A stretch of DNA of 64,000 nucleotides from Alphaproteobacteria bacterium (GTDB lineage: Bacteria; Myxococcota_A; UBA796; GCA-2862545), in contig JACKER010000007.1 of the NCBI GenBank assembly GCA_020632925.1, forward strand, positions 52,910 to 116,909. The letters are read 5' to 3'. The translations under genes were made by a program, and so were the position numbers. Positions 36,433 to 48,570 of this stretch are shown one piece after another (position 1 is the stretch's first letter; every line of letters starts with the position of its first letter). The notes below the pieces were generated by a model. The model was not told the origin of the DNA and did no database searches. It saw only the letters and a program-made list of their open reading frames with translations.

Positions 36433-36822
36433 TCAGATGCTCGTGATGGTGCAGGCCTCCCACTCGAAGGTCTTGCCCGGGTTGTTGGACTGCAGGATGG
36501 GGAGGGCCCAGGCGACGAACTGCGCGGCGTTGGTGATCGTGGGCGCGCCCGACGGGTAGGTCATCGTCCGGTTCACGCTGCCGGGCGAGGAGGGACCGAG
36601 GCGGTACCCGGTGACCATGCCCCACCACTCCTTGGAGCCGTCGCGGTAGCCGACCATCTGCACCTGGCTGCTGCCGTAGTTGGAGACCCAGATCGGTCCA
36701 TCGAAGATCTGCATGGGCTGACCGCTGTGCTCGGTCTCCACCTTCTTGCGGGGTGGTGCCTTCTTCTCTTCCTTCTTCCCGTGCTTCTTGGTCCCCTTGC
36801 CATCGCCTTTCTCAGCCGCCAT
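36433..36822 (-). CDS. Small hypothetical protein with a Lys-rich N-terminus.
   Basis: MAAEKGDGKGTKKHGKKEEKKAPPRKK...; GC3 is very high throughout. Lies 22 nt downstream of the kinase gene. Confidence 0.5.
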   Translation of the reverse strand: MAAEKGDGKGTKKHGKKEEKKAPPRKKVETEHSGQPMQIFDGPIWVSNYGSSQVQMVGYRDGSKEWWGMVTGYRLGPSSPGSVNRTMTYPSGAPTITNAAQFVAWALPILQSNNPGKTFEWEACTITSI

Positions 36823-36844
36823 CGGGCCACCTCCCGTGAGCAGA

Positions 36845-39064
36845 TTACTCGCGGGCCTCGGCCGTCAGGGGGAGTGGGAGGTCGCACTCGCCGCGAACTT
36901 CGCTTGGAGCGAGGATCTCCCGAGGCACATTCGCTCCGGTGGTCCACCAGGCCCGCTCTCGAGCTGCGGCGCGACAACGCTGTCGGAAGGGCTCGGGCGC
37001 GCCGGGCGCCTGTCCCAGGAGGGCGAGGATCTGTGCGCCCACGCCCGGTGGATCCAGGGCCTCTGCTTCTCGGCGTGTTCCTTCCAACTGGTCGGGCGGC
37101 CCTCCGTCCAACGACAGCAGCAACGCCGTCCCCAGCAAGGCCAGGGCGTGGCCTCGCCCTCGTCGCCCACTGGCCACGACGACCGACGCGAGCGCGCGGC
37201 AATCGTCCAGGGCGCCCGATCGCCACGCCAGACCGGCTTCGGCCAGCGCCGCATACGCGGTGGCGGCAGGGAGCTCGAGCGCCTCGAGATCCGCGACCAG
37301 GTCGAGATCCGGAGCAGCGCCGGACATCGATCGGTAGGCGCCATGTCGAAGCAGTCCGAGGGCGGACACCTCGTGCAGCAGTCTGCCGGCGCCAACGGCG
37401 TCCTGGAGTGCCCGCTGCGCCAGCTCGGAAGCGCCCTCGGGATCGGGTATCTCCAGCAGCGCTGCCCCGGCCCACATCAATGCCGCCGCTCGGCTACCCG
37501 CGTCTTTCAGATCCTCGGCCGCCATGAGCAGTTGCTGCGCGGCCGCCCGGAAGTCCAGCCGTCGATAGGACAGGGTCCCCCGCGCCATCAGGGCCTGTGG
37601 CCGGAGACCCGAATCGCTCTCGGCGAGGCGCTCGAGGTCGGTGACGACGCTCTCCAGCGCACTCTCGGCCCCGCGGCGGAAGGCCGACAGACGGACCATG
37701 GCGGCTCGATGTCCGCCGGTCGCGCCGAGCAAGGCCTCCACCCGGTCACGTTCCCCGCGCGCCGCGAGCATCCCGGCCTCTGCGATCTGCTCCAGCTCTG
37801 CGAGTGCCGGATCGTCGAGCTGACGGAGCACGACCAGCAGGGACTCGAACGCAGCGGCGGTGCCCAGCTGGAACGTTGCATCTGCCCAGATGTCGAGCAG
37901 TCGACGAACCGACTCCGCTCGATGGCGGAGCGGGAAGAGCGCCAGCTTGATCAGGGGAATGCTGGTGGCACCACCTTGCCTCTCCACCTCCGCCAGGACG
38001 GCCTCCTCCAGCGCCTCCTCGGACTGCGCGAGGGCGGCCTGGACGAGCGGTGACACCCGGTCGGCGCCACGCAGCGCCCGCAGGCGGTAGGCGTCGACCA
38101 CACCGTGCTGGTCGATCACCCCCGCGCGCTCCCAGCGACCGAGCTCCTCCAGCAGCAGCTCGGGGTCGCCGCCGGTCGCGTCCATCAGCGTCTCGGCGGC
38201 GAGCGTGCGGCTCCGCGACACCCGCTCCGGCCCGCGGAGCCAGGCGCGCAGTACGTCCACGTCGTACGGCCCCGGGGGAGGGCGGACCTTCGCCGTGGCG
38301 CCGAGCGCGCGGGCGGCGGCGCGCGCGTCCGGGAAGCGGTCGGCGGGGAGGCGCGCCACCAGCCGGTCGACGACCTCCGTGAACCGCGACGGGGGAACGC
38401 CGCGCTCCGCCAACGGCACCGGGTCCGACCCGAGCCGCGCGCCCACCAGGTCCGCGCCGTCGTGCGGGAGCTGGCCCGAGACCGCCTCGTACAGGACGAC
38501 GCCGAGCGAGTACAGGTCGCTGCGCGGGTCCACCGCGTCGTCCAGGAGCTGCTCGGGCGCGATGTACCGCAGGGTGCCCTGGTTCGCCTGATCCTGGCTC
38601 TCCGACCAGGCGACCCCTTCGCCGCTGGCGAGCCCGAGGTCGAGCACCGTGGGTCGCCCGTCGTCGCCCACGAGCACGTTGCTCGGCTTCAGGTCGCGGT
38701 GGACGATGCCGAGGGTGTGCAGCCGGTCGAGCACGTCGAGGACCTGCTGGGCGAGGATCGTGAGCCGCGCCGGGTCCGTGGTGTCGCCGGGGAAGCAGAC
38801 GCCCTCGACGTACTCCATCACCAGCAGCGCGGCACCGCCCCACTCGCCCTGGTCGAGCAGCTCCACCATGCCCGGGAAGCGCGCCGCCATCAGCGCGGTC
38901 GTCTCGTACCGGACCTCGCCCCGCTTGACCTGCTTGACCGCGACCCGGCGCCCCGTGATCGCGTCCGTGCCGTCCCACACGACGCCCTGACCGCCCTTCC
39001 CCGCGACCTCGCGCAGCACGTAGCGGCCGAGGACGCGGGCTCCGCTGTGCCAGCCGTCGCTCAT
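36845..39064 (-). CDS. Ser/Thr protein kinase with a helical, TPR-like C-terminal region.
   Basis: Kinase motifs: VAGKGGQGVVWDG, VAVKQV, HRDLKPSNVL, DLGLA and GTLRYIAPEQ. ATG at 39064. The listed ORF carries a spurious 136-aa N-terminal extension. Confidence 0.85.
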   Translation of the reverse strand: MSDGWHSGARVLGRYVLREVAGKGGQGVVWDGTDAITGRRVAVKQVKRGEVRYETTALMAARFPGMVELLDQGEWGGAALLVMEYVEGVCFPGDTTDPARLTILAQQVLDVLDRLHTLGIVHRDLKPSNVLVGDDGRPTVLDLGLASGEGVAWSESQDQANQGTLRYIAPEQLLDDAVDPRSDLYSLGVVLYEAVSGQLPHDGADLVGARLGSDPVPLAERGVPPSRFTEVVDRLVARLPADRFPDARAAARALGATAKVRPPPGPYDVDVLRAWLRGPERVSRSRTLAAETLMDATGGDPELLLEELGRWERAGVIDQHGVVDAYRLRALRGADRVSPLVQAALAQSEEALEEAVLAEVERQGGATSIPLIKLALFPLRHRAESVRRLLDIWADATFQLGTAAAFESLLVVLRQLDDPALAELEQIAEAGMLAARGERDRVEALLGATGGHRAAMVRLSAFRRGAESALESVVTDLERLAESDSGLRPQALMARGTLSYRRLDFRAAAQQLLMAAEDLKDAGSRAAALMWAGAALLEIPDPEGASELAQRALQDAVGAGRLLHEVSALGLLRHGAYRSMSGAAPDLDLVADLEALELPAATAYAALAEAGLAWRSGALDDCRALASVVVASGRRGRGHALALLGTALLLSLDGGPPDQLEGTRREAEALDPPGVGAQILALLGQAPGAPEPFRQRCRAAARERAWWTTGANVPREILAPSEVRGECDLPLPLTAEARE

Positions 39065-39643
39065 CGCGGGCACGATGACACGGGCAGCGCTCGGCTCCAA
39101 GGACGGCGCACGACCCGTGGAGGCGGTCCCGGTACGTCGCCGTCCGACCCGAGACGATCCCGGATGCCCCCCGTTCCGGTCCCCACCTCCGTCCCGCACG
39201 CCCCTTGAGCCCGGGGCGTGGGCTCGACAGCGGGCGCGGCGCCCCCCGGGCAACGCGTGACCTGGTCGATCGAGCGTCGGCGACGATCGCGCCGAGCCCG
39301 GCTCCGGTGTTGCCGTGCCGCTGATGGTGCCGCTCCGCAGTCCTCGCCTCCAGGGAAGAGAGCATTGGCCCCGCAGTTGCAGGCGGCGTCGGGTAGGGTT
39401 CTGGTGAGCGGGCGAGATCGCCGCTTCGGCCGTGAGGTGCTTCGTGAACATCGTGCGGGTGCTGCCCGACATCCAGAATTCTACTTGGCGTCCTCCGCTC
39501 CGGGCGGACAGCCGTTCGCGTTACGCCCTTGCTTCCTGCTCCTTGACCGATGCGCGCTGGGGGGCGGCCCGCGAACGCTGTCCCTCAGCTGCGGCCGACT
39601 CAGCGCCCGGTTCACCGATGAACGGCGTACCGGTCCCGTTCTG

Positions 39644-40405
39644 ATGTGGTGCTGGCTGCTCGCCGCGTCCGCGATGGCCGAGCCGTATGACGTGCTCTGG
39701 TGGGGGAGCTCGAAGGACGGGTGTTTCACAGAGCGTCGCCTCGCGGGCGCCATCCCCCACCGGCCCTCCCGGACGGGCTGGACCATCGAGGAAGCCGCCG
39801 CCAGCGTCAGCGGTACCTGGTCAGGGCGGCTGCTGTTCGATGGTGACAGCATGAATCCCAGCACGTGGTCGAGCGAGCAGACGGCTACGTTGGTCGCGGA
39901 GTTCGATCCGGAGGCGGAGGGTCAGGACGTACGGAACCAGCGTCTGCCACGCCTCATCGGCGACGACGATTGCGACTGTGGGTCCTGGCTGGAGGTTCGG
40001 GGAGCCTGGCGCTTCGAGGTCGAGGACGAGCTGGGACGTCGGATCACGGCGACCTTCCCGGCAGCCGAGCTCCATGCGCACGGACCGGACATTCGGTTCT
40101 TGCGGCTCGTCGACGACCCCATCTTGGTTCCGAACTTCGCCAGTGACGGTTGGTCTCTGGTAGAGCTCCTCGATCTGGCGGAGGAGCAGCTCACCTTGGA
40201 GGTCGGTGAGGTCCGAGGACGCCGTGGGCGGAGCTACCGGACCTGCTCCTTCGCCACGCCCGGGGAGTCGCCCTGGCGCCCTCCCGTCCTCTCCTTCTGC
40301 CGTACCGGTGGGTGCGACGTTTGGGTGCCGGACGGCGTACCGATGCCGACTCCCCCGTTGCAGCGGACGCTGCTGCTCGAGCGGATGGAAGCACGTGCCC
40401 CGTAG
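39644..40405 (+). CDS. Secreted hypothetical protein.
   Basis: Signal peptide MWCWLLAASAMA. GC3 is moderately biased and the local GC is lower than the surroundings. Confidence 0.45.
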   Translation: MWCWLLAASAMAEPYDVLWWGSSKDGCFTERRLAGAIPHRPSRTGWTIEEAAASVSGTWSGRLLFDGDSMNPSTWSSEQTATLVAEFDPEAEGQDVRNQRLPRLIGDDDCDCGSWLEVRGAWRFEVEDELGRRITATFPAAELHAHGPDIRFLRLVDDPILVPNFASDGWSLVELLDLAEEQLTLEVGEVRGRRGRSYRTCSFATPGESPWRPPVLSFCRTGGCDVWVPDGVPMPTPPLQRTLLLERMEARAP

Positions 40406-40428
40406 TGTGATCGGATAGGATGGACCCT

Positions 40429-40719
40429 ATGAAGGAGCGCGCCGTCCTCTTGGCGATCTGCGTTGCGGGTTGGTGGATCTCGTCCAACCACTCTGCCCAT
40501 GCGACCGACTGCGCCAGGACATCGATTGCGGAGCGTTTCGACCAGCCGCCGGCAGTGAGCGCGGATTCGACGGAGGCGGAGGAAGTGGCCCAACTGGAGA
40601 GCGTCGAAGGTGTGGTGTTGCTCCAGGTGTTCGTCCAAGCGTCGGTCTGCCTCGATGCGCCTACGACGTGGCCCCTGACGAGCCCGTGGGCGTTGGGACC
40701 ATGCGCGGAGGTCCCATGA
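40429..40719 (+). CDS. Small secreted hypothetical protein.
   Basis: MKERAVLLAICVAGWWISSNHSAHA is signal-like. AGGA lies upstream. ATGA overlap with the next gene. Confidence 0.4.
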   Translation: MKERAVLLAICVAGWWISSNHSAHATDCARTSIAERFDQPPAVSADSTEAEEVAQLESVEGVVLLQVFVQASVCLDAPTTWPLTSPWALGPCAEVP

Positions 40720-41015
40720 TCCTGCCGAACGGGGATCGATGGGTGCGGCGGGCGGGGGCCCTCGTCCTCGGCATGTTCCTGGGTGCCTCGAGCAGCGACT
40801 GCGTTCCGTGTCAGACACGGTTCGACGCAGTGCCCACGGGGGCGTTCGAGCTCTCGGACAGCTTCCTCGAGGAGCGTGGGTGGGAGCGGGGAACGATCAT
40901 CGTGACCGACGACGAGGTGCGTGTCGAGGTTCGGACCCTTGCCGGCGGCACCGCGACGTTGACGGGTCGCCGACCACCGCGGGAGGACGCGGTTCATGAT
41001 GGCTCGGCGCCATGA
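40716..41015 (+). CDS. Small hypothetical protein, N-terminal TM or signal segment.
   Basis: MILPNGDRWVRRAGALVLGMFLGASSSDC. GC3 improves sharply from this ATG onward. ATGA overlaps on both sides. Confidence 0.4.
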   Translation: MILPNGDRWVRRAGALVLGMFLGASSSDCVPCQTRFDAVPTGAFELSDSFLEERGWERGTIIVTDDEVRVEVRTLAGGTATLTGRRPPREDAVHDGSAP

Positions 41016-41905
41016 GAGCCACCTTGCTGGCGTCGGTGTGGGTTCTGCCATTGCTCTCCTGTGGCGAGCGGACCGTGGACTACGATCCGTGGATCGAGGT
41101 CGAGAGCTACGGACAGGACTACTCCGAGCTGAAGCAGGTCGTCTGGGTGCTCCCTGCACAATCCGCGATGGATGCTGGGGTCGACACGGACGTTCTGCTC
41201 GCCTCGTTCGAGTCCTTCGCACAGGTGTTCCAGTCGGAGCTCGTCGGCCAGGCCCGGTTCGCGCTGATTCGCCCGAACGGCCACTCGCTGCGCTTTGTCG
41301 GCGACCCTGCCTGGGTGGACGTCGTCGACGGATGGAGCAGCACGATCTCGGACCGTCTCGCGGACGCCGCGATGGCGTCGGGTGGCGGACGGTCGAATGA
41401 GCAGCTGTCGGCGGCCGGACACGCGTTCCTTCCTTCCAATGGCGCGGAGTGGCCCGCGAGCAACGCGGCCGTGGTGGTCGCGTCGCGGGCAGCGGAGCGT
41501 TTCCGCAGCACCGATGACTTCGTGGATGCTATCGGTGGCGTGCGGGGTACGGTGTCGGTCCTCCATCAGGAGGCGTGTGGTGGAGTGGGAGGGGCGGCGT
41601 ACGAGCAGGCCCTCGAGTTCAGTGGTGGCATCGCGGTGGATGGTTGTTCCGACGCCGATGGCCTGACCGAGCTCGGTATGCTCGCGGCTGGGCGAAAGTC
41701 GACGTTCTTCACCCTCGAGAAGATCGCGGGGGAGCTGGCCGTGGAGGTGGATGGCGTGCCCCTCGACGCCGGGTGGTCGGAGGGACCGTGCCGGGTGGTG
41801 TTCGACTTCGATCACGTTCCGGCGTCGGGCAGCTCGGTGACCATCAAGTACCACGCGCCCAACCACGACAAGTGGTGTACCAACATGTTCTCGCGACCAC
41901 CGTAG
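41012..41905 (+). CDS. Lipoprotein, hypothetical.
   Basis: Lipobox VLPLLSCG. ATGA coupling to the upstream gene. 297 aa. Confidence 0.55.
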   Translation: MRATLLASVWVLPLLSCGERTVDYDPWIEVESYGQDYSELKQVVWVLPAQSAMDAGVDTDVLLASFESFAQVFQSELVGQARFALIRPNGHSLRFVGDPAWVDVVDGWSSTISDRLADAAMASGGGRSNEQLSAAGHAFLPSNGAEWPASNAAVVVASRAAERFRSTDDFVDAIGGVRGTVSVLHQEACGGVGGAAYEQALEFSGGIAVDGCSDADGLTELGMLAAGRKSTFFTLEKIAGELAVEVDGVPLDAGWSEGPCRVVFDFDHVPASGSSVTIKYHAPNHDKWCTNMFSRPP

Positions 41906-42329
41906 GAACATCCCCGAGGTGATGGAGGTCCGCGACGGGCTCGGGATCTCCGGCCGCCCGGGTCAGGCGGATCTGTACGCGACCTGGCTGGGACGTCGGT
42001 CCGCGCCGGTCCACGTCGAGGTGCTCCCGGGAGGCTCGCCGGGTGTACGGTGGACGTGCCGACGCGGATCCTGGTGGGCGCGGAGTTGCAGCTCGGGGCG
42101 GGCGCGGTCACCGAGGACGGCCAGGTCCTGCGGCACCTCGCTCGCTCTGCGCCCCGGTCCCCAGGTGGTGCTCGCGCCGTGCGAGGCGCTGCCGCTCGAG
42201 GTCCGCGGCACGCTCGACGACGGCTCGGTGATCGACCTGTGTCCCGAGCGCCCAGGGCACCGTCCGCGCCAGCTGGGGCGACGTGACCTCGCCGCCCACC
42301 AGCGTCACCGCTGGCAGCTGATGTTGGGG

Positions 42330-42581
42330 CCGACAGCGAGAGCACCCCTGCTACAGGGAGAGCACATTCGCTACCCTCTCTCCCAACAAGCCCATGCCGA
42401 CAGCGAGAGCACCCTCGCTACCCCCTCTCCCCCACAGGGGGAGAGGGCTGGGGTGAGGGGGGGGCGGGAGCGCAGCGACCGGGTCGTGGCGCGGGTCCGT
42501 GGAGCTTCGTCCGCGCCAAGCCCTCACCCCGACCCTCTCCCAGAGGGAGAGGGGGAAGGAGGTAGCCTGTAGCCTGTAGCT
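42330..42581. repeat. Cluster of short direct repeats and GC-rich palindromes (REP-like).
   Basis: Three copies of GAGAGCAC-N4-GCTAC at about 42338, 42358 and 42406. Two of them sit within 24-nt direct repeats CGACAGCGAGAGCACCC(C/T)(T/C)GCTAC. Perfect palindromes CCCTCTCCCCCACAGGGGGAGAGGG and CCCTCTCCCAGAGGGAGAGGG. Long-range complement GGGGTGAGGGG...CCCTCACCCC. Tandem TAGCCTG x2.5. Confidence 0.7.
42533..42553. terminator. GC-rich hairpin (9-bp stem) 30 nt downstream of the minus-strand YyaL-Trx-NHL gene stop; probable bidirectional terminator.
   Basis: CCCTCTCCC-AGA-GGGAGAGGG. A second 11-bp-stem hairpin lies at 42424..42448. Confidence 0.5.
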
Positions 42582-42582
42582 C

Positions 42583-46155
<3,573 letters not shown>

Positions 46156-46163
46156 GGGTGCTC

Positions 46164-47060
46164 CTAGGGGGAGGCCTCCGGCGCGGGGGTGGGCGCCGGC
46201 TCGGGTGCGGTCGGGGTCTCCGACTCGGTCGGGGCCGGGGTTTCCGGCTGGTCGGGCGTCACCGGCTCTCCGTTGGAGCAGCGGGCGGCGTGGCGGTACT
46301 CCACCGTCTGGGCGCCGTGGAACCGCCACCCGAACACCGCGAAGCCGAAGGAGAAGGCCTCGGACGACGGGAACACCTTGCCCCCGTGGATCGTGCCGCG
46401 GATGTGCACCTCGGCGTCCCTGATCGTCCAGCGGGGGATGGAGCCCGCCTTGAAGCTCTCGGGGAACGTGAGGTCGAGCGCGGTCGGCAGCGTGCCCCCG
46501 CCCGGGAAGAAGATGGCGGCGTCCGCCTCGCCGTGCCCGCCCTCGAGCGGCAGCGCGCGGTGCAGGACCACGCCCTGACGGAGGTCGTCCCACTCGGCCC
46601 ACGAGGTGTACGCCTCGCCGGTGAGCTCGTCGAGCACGCTGCGCAGCGTGTTCGAGGCCTCCGCGTTCTCCTCGAGGCCCGCGTCGCCCATGGGCTTTCC
46701 GTCGGGCCCGGCGACCGTGACCTTGCTGCCCACGAGCTTGCCGACCAGCGGCGCGAACCGTGCCTCGCGCACGTCGTACACCCGCATGGGGAGGTCCTTG
46801 CCCTCCCACTGTTCCTCGCCGAGCGGGCGCAGCAGGATCGAGCCCCAGATGCCGTCCGTGGTCCGTCCGGCGAACACGGCGTCCCCACGGCTGCCCCCGA
46901 AGCGCCCCACGTCCCAGTCCCAGGAGCCCTGGCCGACCCACTCCCAGCACCCGCGGGGCATGTCGACGATGAGGTCGGCGGTGTCCTCCCATCGGCCGAC
47001 GTCCTGGAGGTCGACGTTGGGGGGCATGGCGGCGTGTGCGGCGACGGCTGGGAGGAACAT
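46164..47060 (-). CDS. Secreted hypothetical protein; paralog of 10980..11846.
   Basis: [14 protein letters not shown] signal-like start. Blocks shared with 10980..11846. Pro/Thr-rich tail [24 protein letters not shown]. Lies 6 nt upstream of the YyaL-fusion gene. Confidence 0.6.
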   Translation of the reverse strand: MFLPAVAAHAAMPPNVDLQDVGRWEDTADLIVDMPRGCWEWVGQGSWDWDVGRFGGSRGDAVFAGRTTDGIWGSILLRPLGEEQWEGKDLPMRVYDVREARFAPLVGKLVGSKVTVAGPDGKPMGDAGLEENAEASNTLRSVLDELTGEAYTSWAEWDDLRQGVVLHRALPLEGGHGEADAAIFFPGGGTLPTALDLTFPESFKAGSIPRWTIRDAEVHIRGTIHGGKVFPSSEAFSFGFAVFGWRFHGAQTVEYRHAARCSNGEPVTPDQPETPAPTESETPTAPEPAPTPAPEASP

Positions 47061-47245
47061 GGCCGGAGCACGTAACCCTCGTGCGTGGCGTCGGTCAGGG
47101 AAGAAGCGTGGTGTGGCGGAGCCGGGGTCGGTCGGATTCGTGGCCGGTGCTCCCTCGACGTTCAGCTCGCTTCGATTCTGTGACTTTCGACCGGAGAAGA
47201 CCATTCCGGTCGAGCGCGGGGCCACGCGTCCCGCAAGGTGTACAC

Positions 47246-47563
47246 ATGGCGAAGAAGCTGTTTGTCGGTGGTTTGAGCTGGAACACGTCGGACGAGAGCC
47301 TGCGCTCGTCGTTCGAGTCGTTCGGCCGCGTCTCCGACGCCCACGTGATCACGGACCGTGAGACCGGCCGCTCCCGCGGGTTCGGTTTCGTGACGTTCGA
47401 CGTGGACGAGGAGGGCGCCGCCGCGGTGTCCGCGCTGGACGGGACCGTCCTCGACGGGCGGACCATCCGCGTCAACGAGGCCGAGGATCGCAGGGGCGGC
47501 GGTGGCGGCGGTGATCGCCGTGGCCCGCCCCGTGGTGGGTTCGACCGCACGCCGCGCTGGTAG
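47246..47563 (+). CDS. RRM-type glycine-rich RNA-binding protein.
   Basis: RNP-2 KLFVGGLSW and RNP-1 RGFGFVTF, with a Gly/Arg tail. Confidence 0.9.
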   Translation: MAKKLFVGGLSWNTSDESLRSSFESFGRVSDAHVITDRETGRSRGFGFVTFDVDEEGAAAVSALDGTVLDGRTIRVNEAEDRRGGGGGGDRRGPPRGGFDRTPRW

Positions 47564-47601
47564 TCGCCGGTCGGACGGTGGGTCCGTGGTTAGGGGGCCA
47601 C

Positions 47602-48024
47602 ATGTCCGCCGTCCTCCCTCAGACCGCCCGGTACGCGCTCCGTGCCATGACCTGCCTGGCGTCGCAGCCGCCGGGACACAAGGTCCGAGCCGATACCATC
47701 GCGCGGGCCACGAACGTGCCCGCGGCCTTCCTGTCGAAGGTCCTCCGTCGCCTGGTGGCCGCTGGTCTGCTCCGCTCCGAGAAGGGGCACCACGGCGGGT
47801 TCGAGTTGGCTCGGCCGCGACAGGCCATCCGCTTCCTCGACGTGTTGGAGGCGGTCGACGTCGACCTCACGTCCGATGATTGCGCCTTCGGGTTCGGGCG
47901 ATGCAATGCCGCCAATCCGTGTCCGCTCCACGACTCCTGGATCGAGCTGAGGCAGTCGATGCTCGTCTGGGCGGCTCGCAAGACCCTGGACGACGTCCAG
48001 TGCGACGTGATGGGAGTGGAGTGA
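47602..48024 (+). CDS. nsrR: Rrf2-family transcriptional regulator with three Cys ligands (NsrR/IscR-like).
   Basis: N-terminal HTH with YALRAM. Cys triad CAFGFGRCNAANPC. Located beside the nor operon. Confidence 0.75.
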   Translation: MSAVLPQTARYALRAMTCLASQPPGHKVRADTIARATNVPAAFLSKVLRRLVAAGLLRSEKGHHGGFELARPRQAIRFLDVLEAVDVDLTSDDCAFGFGRCNAANPCPLHDSWIELRQSMLVWAARKTLDDVQCDVMGVE

Positions 48025-48072
48025 GCAGGGTGATCGTGTCATGATGGAGGTCGATATCCGCTGAGGTGGGCC

Positions 48073-48570
48073 ATGTTGGCGATCCTGCGGGTGGACGAGC
48101 GCGGGCGGGTCACGGCCGCCAACGATGCCGCCAAGACGCTGTTCGGGCGCGTCGTGGGTCAGCGATGCTGTGACGTGGTGGTGGCCCGGGACGGACGGGA
48201 CACGCTCTGCACCCCAGACTGCTCGCAGTCGCTGGCGGCGGGGGACCAGGCCGACAGCGAGCGTCCGGCGTCCATCCGGGGACGGCGCTGCGAGCTGGTC
48301 TGCACGCGGGTGGGCGCCGATCTCGTCGTGGTCGTGCGACCTGGACCGGCGCTCGAACCGGGGACCGAGGTGCTGACGCTTCGCGAGCGGGAGGTGCTCG
48401 GGCTGGTGGCGGCTGGCGTGGAGCCCGCGGACATCGCGCGGCGGTTGCGGATCGGGGGATCGACGGTGCGGACCCACGTCGAGCGTGCGCGCAGCAAGCT
48501 CGGTGCGCGGACGAGGGCCGAGGCCGTCGCGCGGGCCCTCGCCCGGGGCGAGATCCCACCGCCGGAGTGA
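48073..48570 (+). CDS. LuxR-family regulator with an N-terminal Cys-containing sensory region.
   Basis: C-terminal LuxR HTH LTLREREVLGLVAAG...IGGSTVRTHVERARSKLG. N-terminal CC...C..C cysteines. Confidence 0.75.
   Translation: MLAILRVDERGRVTAANDAAKTLFGRVVGQRCCDVVVARDGRDTLCTPDCSQSLAAGDQADSERPASIRGRRCELVCTRVGADLVVVVRPGPALEPGTEVLTLREREVLGLVAAGVEPADIARRLRIGGSTVRTHVERARSKLGARTRAEAVARALARGEIPPPE

Noticed and set aside
39065-39643. Possible tRNA or small RNA gene in the lower-GC divergent intergenic region.
   Set aside because: No T-loop (GTTCRANYC) or cloverleaf-compatible segments were found. It is treated as a promoter region.
42330-42581. Possible CRISPR array.
   Set aside because: The repeats are 17-24 nt, imperfect and irregularly spaced (20 and 48 nt), and embedded in palindromes. 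There are no cas genes in the window. It looks REP-like, not CRISPR.
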